NCBI RefSeq assembly: GCF_009914755.1
Contig: NC_060938.1
Direction: 5' to 3' (one strand)
Length of the DNA stretch: 64,000 nt
DNA from: the human T2T-CHM13v2.0 reference genome, Homo sapiens
The notes beneath the pieces are model-generated. The model was not told the DNA's origin. It was given only the letters and a program-made list of their open reading frames with translations, and did not search any database. Shown one piece after another: positions 54,901 through 64,000 of the stretch. The position numbers and the translations under genes were made by a program. Position 1 is the stretch's first letter. Every line of letters begins with the position of its first letter.

Positions 54901-57900
54901 TTATTTTTTTTTGATATTTGTTTTGTGTGTTAATGTATGGTCTAGCCTAGAAAATGTTCCATGTGCCGAAGAGAAGAATGTATATTCTATAGCTGTTGGA
55001 CGAAATGTTCTGTAAACGTCTGTTAGGTCCATTTGGTCTAATGTGCAGTATAAATCCAATGTTTCTTTGTTGATTTTCCATCTAGATGATCTGTCTAATG
55101 TTGCGAGTGGGGTGTTGAAATCCCAAACTATTGTCATTTTGGAGTCAGTCTTTCCCTTTAGATCTAATCATATGTGCTTTATATGTCTACATGCTCCAGT
55201 GTTGGGTGCGTATATGTTTAGAATTGCTATATCCTCTTTCTGACTTGATCCCCTCATCATTATACAATGATATAGTAATTCTTTATCTCTTTTTACCGTT
55301 TTTGACTTAAAGTCTGTTTTATCTGATATAAGTACAGCTACTCCTGCTTACTTTTGGTTTCTGTTTGCATGACATACCTTTTTCTATCCCTTTATTTAGA
55401 GTCTGTATGTCTTTACAGGTGAGATTAGGTTCTTATAGGCAGCATATACTTGAGTTTTTAAAAATTCATTTGGATAGTCTGTATCTTTTAAGTGGAAAGT
55501 TTAATCAGTTTATATTCAAGGTTATTATTGATATGTGAGGGCGTATTCCTATCACCATAGTAATTGATTTCTGGTCATTTTGTATATCCTCTGTTCCTTT
55601 CTTTTTTCTCTTATTGCTTATTATTTTAGTTTGGTGGTTTTCTGTAGTGGTAACATTTGAGTCTTTTCCTTATCTATTTGCTCTACCAGTGGGTTTGATA
55701 TTTTTGTGTGTTTTCACGATGGTAGATATTGTTCTTTCACTTCTGGGTGTAGAACTTCCTTAAGCATTTCTGGTAGGACCAATCTAGCGCTGATGAATTC
55801 CCTGAGCTTTTGCTTATCTGGGAAAAACTTTATGTCTTCTTCATTTATGAAAGACAACTTTGCTGAGTATAGTACCTTTGGATGGCAGTTGTTTTTCTTT
55901 CAGCACTTTGGATATATCATCCTATTCTCTCCTGGTCTGTAGGTTTCTGCTGAGAAATTTGCTGTTAGTCTGATGGAGTTTCCTTTATAAGTGACTAGAT
56001 GCTTTTCTTCTGCTGTTTTCAGAATTCTCTGTTTGTCTTTGACTTTTGACAGTTTGACCACAATGTGCTACGGAGAAGACTTTTCTGAATTGTATCTATT
56101 TGGTGATCTCTGAGTCTCCTGTATCTGTCTGTCTAAATCTCTTGCTAGACTTGGGAAGTTTTCGTCTATTATTTTGTGAAATAAGTTTTCTAAACTTTTG
56201 GTCTTCTTTTTGCCTTCTAGGGTACAGAAATTGGAATATTTGGTTGCTTTATGGTCTCCCATATGTCATGTAGTCTTTGCTCATTCTTTTTAAATTCGTT
56301 TTCTTTTTTTTTTGTCTGACTGGGTTATTTCAAAAGACTTATTTTCACATCTTAAACTTCTTTTTTTTTTCTTGATCTAGTCTAGTCTATTGTAGAAGCT
56401 TTTGAATGTATTTTGTAATTCATCCAATGAATTCTTCAGTTTTAAAATTTATGGTTGGTTCTTTTTTATGAGATCTATCTCTTTGGTGAATTTTTCATTC
56501 ATACCCTGAATTGTTTTTCTGACTTTTTTGTATTATTTTTCAATATTCTCTTGCATCTCACTGAGCTTCTTTAATATCAATATTTTGATTTTTTCTGGGA
56601 TTTTGTAAATTTCTTTTTTATTGGAATCTGTTGCTGGAGAGTTATTGTGTTCCTTTAGAGATGTCGTATTTCCTTGCTTTTTTATGTTCCTTGTGTCCTT
56701 ACACTGATATTTGTGCATCAGTGTAGCAGTCACCTCTTTCAATTTTTTGAATTTGCTTTCATAATGGGGTGCTTTTTCCCTGAAGATGTATGTATGGTGT
56801 TGATTGGGTAGGGCACTTTGGCTTTGATTCTTGGCGTGTGTAGTAGTGTAGTCTGTGTATGATTTCTTCAGCTATTAACAGAGTTAGTGGTGCCTGTGAT
56901 TTACTTGGTGGCCTAGGGTTCAGTTGTTAGTGGAGGTTGTGGTGAATTTTTAATGGAGACTGGGATACCAGGTGGGCCCGTCTTCCAGTCCTTGTGGTAC
57001 AGTGGTGGGCTGAGTATGCTTATTCTTTGGCCCCAGAGTGGTATACATTGGCACTGGTGTTATTGTGTCCAGGCAGACCAATTCTTGGGCCTCCAGGTGG
57101 CTTTCGAGAGTGCCAGGAGTGGCAGCCATGGACACTATGGGTGGGCAAATTCTTGGGCTCCTGGGCTGCAGACGTGGCATAGGTGATGTCAGTAGTAGTG
57201 GCAGGATACCCTCTGTGTCTCACATTTGTGTTGGCAGTATATGCAACAGGCTGTGCTTGCCAGTGCCCAGGCCTGCAAATGGCATATATGGGTGGGTATC
57301 AGCTGTGGTGGTAGCAGCAGGTTGGGTGAGCCCAACCTCAGGCCCCCAGGAGGAATGCTCAGGTGCCTATGATGGTGGAGTGGGATGGTGGATTGGGCTC
57401 TATGCCTCAGATAGTGTGCTTGCATACTAAGGGTATGGAGTCCAGCTGGGAGGACCTGCCTTTAGCCCTCGCCACTGGTGTGTATTCAGGCACTGGATGT
57501 GGTAGGCAGGGGCAGGGCAGTCTGCAGGTCACTGGTGAAATGCTTAGGTAGGGGCAGCAGTGACTATGCTGTAGGCCTGCTACTAGGAGGGTGGGGTTGC
57601 TTTCACTGGGAGCAGCCACAGGCAGGTAGCCAGGGGTGTATGCTTTGCTATTGCTTCGGCCCCTTTGCAGCAGCCCACAGCAACACCAGCTGCAAGCAGT
57701 GTGAAAGTGCATGGCCACCCCTTTGCTAGGGGTTGGGTTGAAGTTGCCTGTGGCAGCTCAGCCTTCATCCTGGCAGTGGCAGCAGTTGGCAGTGGTAGCA
57801 GCATGGTGTGGGGTGGCTTTTGTAATGGATGCCCCTCTGCTGGTGGGGTCGGGTCACTGCCAGTGACTTGTGTTTTGGCACTTATGGTGGCAGCAGCCAG

Positions 57901-58462
57901 CTGTGGCAGTAGCTATGGGTAGGTTACCCTTCAGGGGAAGTAGCTGCTGGTGGGGAATGTCACTGGGGCTCTGGGGATATGCAGATGCAGGGGCTATTTT
58001 TCCCCAGGGCAAGATACAGACTGGTAGGAAATGGGATCTCAAAATAGTGTTGTGCTCTAGCTGCTTTGGACTTAGGAGGTGTATAGGACTCAGTGTGAGC
58101 TTCCTTTCTGGAACAATGCTGTTGTGCAGTCTCCAGACAGCTCCCTATGTTGGTCTTAGGTCCTGTGAGGGTCAAGGGGCTCTCCTGTGGCTATAATTGC
58201 AGGAGTCCACAGTGGGAATGTGGACCACTTATCTGTTTCCCACATTGAGGAGTCTCTCCAGGCTCCCAGCCAATCTTGGCTGAGCAGGCTGCTCCTCTCC
58301 TTCCTGTCTTAGGTATGTCCTTTCACTCCTCTGTTGAATTTCAGTGTTCTCTCTTAGATGTCTATTCAAAATGTGATTATCTACTTACTATGTTGGCTCT
58401 TCCTTGTGAAAGAGGTGGTGAGTACCCAATGTATCCAGTCAGCCATCTTGAAGCTGAGCCTG

Positions 58463-59418
58463 CTAAGGATCTTAAAGGGTGCCTCCTGGATGCACCTCTT
58501 AAGCACAAAGGCTTTTAGAAAGTATCTTAGAAATGTTTGGAGCCTCAAAGGGAATCTCAGGAGCCTCAAAGGGAACCTGAGTGAGAAGTTATCTCAAAGA
58601 GATTTGCAACTGTGGCTTTTGTCTAATGGAATGAACTCCAATAAGATTTATATGAAACTCACAAAGTTTTCCAGAGAGTTACAGTGAAATTATCACTAGC
58701 TGGTCCTAAAAAGACAGAAAGTGCAAAACGAAAAGAAGCTTGTTGCTTTAAAGGGAAGAAATCTGAGGGTCTTGGGAGACTGAATGTATTTTGCATGTGG
58801 GAGGAATAAAAATAACTTGTGGGCAAAGGGCAGACTCCTGTGGTTTTTAAAAAATGACCCCACGATTTTTTGATACTTTCCCTATGGCCTTATGTCCTCT
58901 CCTCTTGAATCTCTGCACTGTGGAATGCATATGAATTGCCCCTGCCAAGCCCTGCTCAAATGGCAGATTTGTAGACAAAATAAATGATTGTTGTCTTAAG
59001 CGACTGATATGGTTTGGCTGTGTCCCTACCCAAATCTCATCTTGAACTGTAGCTTCCATAATCCCCACCAGTCATGGGAGGGACCCAGTGGGAGGTAATT
59101 GAATTATGGGGGCAGGTTTTTCCCATGCTGTTCTCATGACACTGAATAAGTCTCAGGAGATCTGATGGTTTTATAAAGGGCAGTTCCCCTACACACGCTG
59201 TCTTGCGTGCCACCATGTAAGACATGACTTTGCTCCTCCTTTGCCTTCCACCATGATTGTGAAGCCTCCCCACCCATGTGGAACTGTGAGCCCATTAAAC
59301 CTCTTTTTATTTATAAATTACTCAGTCTCGAATATGTCTTTATTAGCAGCATGAGAACAGACTAATACAGCAACTAAATTTGGGGGTGCTTGGTTATGTA
59401 GAAATAGACAACTGAAAT
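58463..59418 (+). mobile_element. MLT1 internal 3' part plus MLT1H-like 3' LTR (from ~58839), interrupted by THE1
   Basis: GAATGTATTTTGCATGTGGGAGG...AGGGCAGAC internal end; LTR start TGTGGTTTTTAAAAAATGACCCCAC; LTR end AAATAAATGATTGTTGTCTTAAGC..ACTAAATTTGGGG...AATAGACAACTGAAA. Confidence 0.7.
59005..59369 (+). mobile_element. THE1 (C/D-like) solo LTR
   Basis: TGATATGGTTTGGCTGTGTCCCTACCCAAATCTCATCTTGAA...AGACTAATACA. TSD GCGAC/GCAAC at 59000-59004 and 59370-59374. Confidence 0.93.
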
Positions 59419-59419
59419 G

Positions 59420-59540
59420 CCCCATTTTATAAATGAGAAAATTGAGACACAGAGAAATTAAATAACTTGTCCAAGGCCACATAGCTAGCAAGTGACAAAC
59501 TCATGTGCTTCATTGTCTAAGCTTTTACTCTCTATGCTAC
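59420..59540 (-). mobile_element. MIR
   Basis: CCCCATTTTATAAATGAGAAAATTGAGACACAGAGAAATTAAATAACTTGTCCAAGGCCACATAGCTAGCAAGTG. Confidence 0.85.
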
Positions 59541-60351
59541 AGGACTTCTCTTGTGCCAATGCCATCTTCTCCAAATGATCTTCCAATTATTCTTTGCTTT
59601 CCTCTGAAGACTGCCTGAGGAGAAAAGTGCACTTCTGCATGTATACATTGACATCCTGGTTTACCTACTATTTGTGAGCCTGAGCTCTGGATCCAGTCTC
59701 AGCTTTGGCAAAATTCAGCTTTTGAGCAAGCAAAGCTGAAATCCAGACCTCGGAGCTGGGTGGATCAACTCCATCATCAGCACATGCAAGGCTGCACAGT
59801 AAGGCTGGCAGCCAGCACCTTCTCTGGCTCATAGGTTGGTGGAGTCTTCAAACAAAAAATCCTTACTGCTATAATATGTATTCATGTATCTCCTTTCTGT
59901 TTCTTGAGGTTTATAATTTGTGTTAGTTTTTTTCTTACATTTTTAGTGTCTTTTTATTCTACCTATTTCATTTTCTAACCTCTTCACTCTCACTCCTGAA
60001 TCCTAAATTAATCACCTTTATTTTTCTCATTTTCTTCCAGAAGCCTCTTCTCTGGTTTCTCCTTTTAAAGCCTCTGGAGTTCTCTCTACATTCATTTGGC
60101 AGATGTTACTGGCTAAGTTATTCATTCATGTTAACTGGCCCAGCTGTGTAGGCCTCTTCTTGTTTTGATGTGAATTGGACCGTTTGAATAAATATGTTTT
60201 AATTTTGTCATTAAAGAGATTGTATACAATTTGTTTGAAAAGGATGAAATATGGGTGCCTTGTTCTTTTAAAGTACCTAAATGATTTTTTTGTGCACATA
60301 GCTTAGTCTTTTGGATTTATGTGTCAATCAATTGACCTCCTTATCTATATT

Positions 60352-60395
60352 CATCCATCCATCCATCCATCCATCCATCCATCCATCCATCCATC
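60352..60395. repeat. (CATC)11 tetranucleotide STR
   Basis: Perfect run seen directly. Confidence 0.95.
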
Positions 60396-60828
60396 TTCCA
60401 CTTATTCTTCTATCATGTCTTTTTGGCTATCTAATCTTACCTTCCCTATCTTTAATTGAAAACAACATTGTGGGAATTTAACCCCCCCGCCTTGCTACAA
60501 TTCTCTTTCTCATGTGTACTTTCTATGTACATATTTCAAATGTGCTGTTGCTTTCCCTGTAACAGTTAGAACATCATTATGTCCCTCTAATTTTAACACA
60601 AATTGCTTGTTTTCATTGTTGTCATTTTTGAGAATAAAACATTTAGTCTTGGCCTGTTAAACAGAATTGCCAAAAAATATTTGTAGATCTAGTCTTTTTC
60701 TCTGAAATAGGCTTAAAAAAATCTACTTCTGTTGATGAATTGAAGCTCTTCTATTTTCTGGAATTTAAATGATTACAAATGATACCCTGTGAGTTCATCC
60801 TGATTTCATTAATAACCAGAGTTCTTAC

Positions 60829-61126
60829 CTCGGTATCTGTCTGGGGAGCTGCTCTCATCAATGCCGAGTGAATCCACACCACAAATCTTCCCCTGAAAGC
60901 CTTCCTGCTGTCCTCCCTTCACTGACGTGGCTTAGCTTTTCTTATCTTCTGCTGAAGCCTTAATGGAAGACAAAATCGACAGGCTAGCATGTTCTGCTTG
61001 GCTTCTTTTCCTGCCCCCTCCTTCTTTGTTCCTTCTCTTCTTTATCCTGCCTCAGTTGTCAGCTTTATTCAGTCTCTCCTGTTTAGACTTCCCATCTGCT
61101 GCTGGCAGTGGGTACTGTCTCGGTTT
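60829..61126 (-). other. Candidate spliced exon (298 nt; 5' UTR or lncRNA type)
   Basis: On the minus strand: TTGCTTTTTCTCCTGATTTCCGCAG|AAACCG..., a purine-rich body, then ...ACCGAG|GTAAGA. Unique sequence. Confidence 0.4.
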
Positions 61127-63899
61127 CTGCGGAAATCAGGAGAAAAAGCAATATTTAGTCCATCTCAACTTTCACAGTTATTTTCTTTCTACTATTAGCT
61201 TTGAAGTTCCTACTTTCCTACCCTGAGTGTTGACATCTTTTGTTTGGAGCGTATTTGTACTACAGCTTTCTCTCTTCCCCTCTAAGTTAGCTCATATTAA
61301 CCACAGCATCCAGTCTCATTAGCTTATCTATTGTAAATTATTTTCAACTCCCTACTCTAAACAAAACGGGAGGCCAGTTCATACTTCCTGACTTATATAT
61401 GTTACAACCTGTATAATAAACTTACTCTATGCAGATACCCATTTCTAACTCTTTCCAGTGAAGTGGCCTATTTAGGACCATTTAAAACTATATTCGAGTC
61501 CTATTCGCTTTGCCTTGAGATGGTTGCAGTCACCTTATTTTTTAGTACATGCAACTGGCTTTCCTTGTTTTCTCTTTCAGAATCTCGGAAGTATATTTTT
61601 TTAAAAAGAAAAGTATTTTGAAATTATAACACAAAGCTAACTCCATGTCAAAAATATTTGAATAAAAATTCTATTAGAATAAACATATTTGGATTCTGTA
61701 AGACTATAATATATAATAGTTGGATCAAGGAGGGTGAATACATTTTGTGGATGTTATCGTGTGGAAGATTATGTTTTACTTTTTTATTCATGGTAAAATT
61801 TTAAGGGGAAATAACAACAAATATTTTTCTTTCCCATTTATTTCTAGTAAAAGTTATGTAGCTTTTTTTGTTCCTGATGGAATTCTATAATGACTAAGTC
61901 ACTGAAACACTTGCATCTCTCTTAGGAGGGACGTGTGGAATTTTTTCACAAAAGAAAGAGCATGTTGTTATAAATGCTTCATGTAACCAGTTTAATACAT
62001 CACTGAGTAAGAGACACACAGAAAACAATTCCTCTTATTTGGTCCTGGGAGACTGGGCATATGCCTCAGTGTAAAGGTGGGAGGCTTGTGAGTGCTTATT
62101 TCCTGGAAGTTGAGAAGCGTCTTTAGTCTACTGTGTTGACAGCAAAGCCAGGATCAACAGATTGTTTTATTAATTTGTTGTAGGTTGAGTTGCTTTTGCC
62201 TCTGGGCATTCCTGTGTTCAACTGGGGCTTTTGCCAAAAAAGCCAGAACGCCCTTAATCTCCTCTTTCCTCATGAAACTCACAGCTTTGGTTCGTCACAG
62301 ATCTTGCAGATCTTGGCGGTGCTCTCCTACTCCCCAGTTTTGTCTCAGCACCATATGGCTTTTGACAAAGTCAGGCCACAGCTTCAACCTAAACAGCTTA
62401 ACATTATCGAAAGCCCAGCCCACTGAGGAAATAACAGTTCTCGTTTATTTCTGTAAGTCATCTGGCTGGGAGTGGGAAGAGGGTAGGGAAGTCAGTGTGG
62501 TGAGGGATGGGGAACATGTGAAAGATGCAAAGAAAATAGGTGGATGTGGGAGTGGGGAGGGGGCAGTTCTAACAGATAAGATGTAGTGGATTCTGAGCAA
62601 TATTTTCCAAGTCCAAGAAAAATACATTGCTCATATTCATTTTTTCCCCCTAAGGATAATGAACTTTCACCTGGATTTAAAAAGGAGGAGCCAAAGTCTG
62701 GTTTCAATTAACATGTTTTACAATATACGGGGGTGTTTTCCATATTGCTTCCGTAGCTTGCAATGGATGCTTAGGACATAACGATGTCTTACATACTCGG
62801 CTGTGGGAATGTGATGTCAGAATCCTCAGGGCTGGGGTGTGGGTGGTGTTGTTTGCCTACACTGAGGTTCTGTGTTCCAGACCTCACCCAACTGCATGCT
62901 ATTTTTGGCTTGCAACCTCCTACCAGGCAAGCCTGATGAATGTCTAACTTCAAGGGAAAAAGAGAAGAGCAAAATGTAAGGAGCTGAATATTTCCCCCCG
63001 CCCACATCAAATTTCACTCCACCCTGTAAGACCTGGAGAACCAGAAGCAAGTTTCAAACCTTTCCACTAAGATCCACAGCAAACTGTGACTCCTGAATGA
63101 AGATGATTCTAATGGTGGCAAGAAACCAAGAAGGCCAGATGCTTCATTTTCTGGTCTTCTAAGAAAAGACAAATGATGTATCCATCCAGTGTATAATTTC
63201 ATGAACTAGCAGAACACTTGGCCTTGTGTAAACACTCGGTTCCAAAACCCAGAAGCAAAGAAACCCAGTAGAGAAAACCAGCTTTATTTTTTAAATCCTC
63301 TGATGAATTTGAGGTTGGGAAAGGAAAACACACCATAAGAATGACTACTATTGTTCTGGATCATGATTTATCTTCAGTCAGCTTGTGAAAATTAACTAGG
63401 CTACTTTCCTGAAGAGCTGAGGAGTGGATCTGAGTTATATAAGCTGCTCATCTAACAGCATAGAAACTGATACACAAAGGAGTTAGCTTTCTTGAGTTCA
63501 CCTTTAAAAGCTCAGACCTCAAGAAATCTGCACGTCATTCAGCTCAGGCCATGCCTTCTCCCTGCTGGGAAACCTGCTGTGGTTCACTTCCCTCTTGGAC
63601 TTGGTTGGCCAGACGGTATCTAGCCCTAACCCAGTTTTCTAATCGTACTTCCCACTTTTAACTTTTTCTTTGCTCTCCAAGTTCTTTATATCTAGGCCCC
63701 ATTGGTTTACTTGCTCTTCTCCCAAGATACCAGGGATTCTTTGGATGCTGAATATTGCTCATATTTTCCTTCTGGAGTTGGAATGTCCTACCCGCCTATC
63801 TCAAATATGTGGACACTGACCTTCCCTTTAGGAACCAGATCAAATGTCATGATATCCACAGAGCTTACTCTAGTTAGCCTATTTAGTCTAATGTATAGC

Positions 63900-64000
63900 A
63901 CAATGGGTAAGGGAACAGCCTTGGGTTAGCTAGGCCCAGGTTAAGGTTGTTTTTCCTTTCCTGATTATATGACCCTGGCAAGGTACTTGAGCTCTGAGTT
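63900..64000 (+). mobile_element. MIR fragment
   Basis: TATGACCCTGGCAAGGTACTTGAGCTCTGAG. Confidence 0.5.

Noticed and set aside
62185-62586. 133-aa plus-strand ORF in unique DNA
   Set aside because: TTG start, no recognisable homology and no convincing donor.

Overview
Primate (very probably human) nuclear DNA, judged from Alu, THE1 and LTR12 elements. It is gene-poor and repeat-rich, and I find no intact protein-coding gene. Almost every ORF in the track is Alu-, L1- or LTR-derived or a chance ORF. Main identifiable items: (1) a full-length processed pseudogene of TMEM98 on the minus strand (~24185-25717), with poly(A) tail, 15-bp target-site duplication (TSD) and a single 4-nt frameshift; (2) a solitary ERV9 LTR12 (30916-32359) with its CCAAT enhancer array; (3) a near full-length ancient L1MA (~50790-58462, minus) inserted with a TSD into an MLT1 (MaLR) provirus and carrying two Alus, with a THE1 LTR inside the MLT1 3' LTR; (4) about 19 Alu/FLAM copies plus MIR, L2, MaLR, ERVL and Tigger relics. 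Two well-formed but apparently non-coding candidate exons (1177-1470 plus, 60829-61126 minus) hint at spliced transcripts. I do not see a convincing new biological system. Repeat subfamily names and the TMEM98 comparison come from recall of consensus sequences, not from a search.
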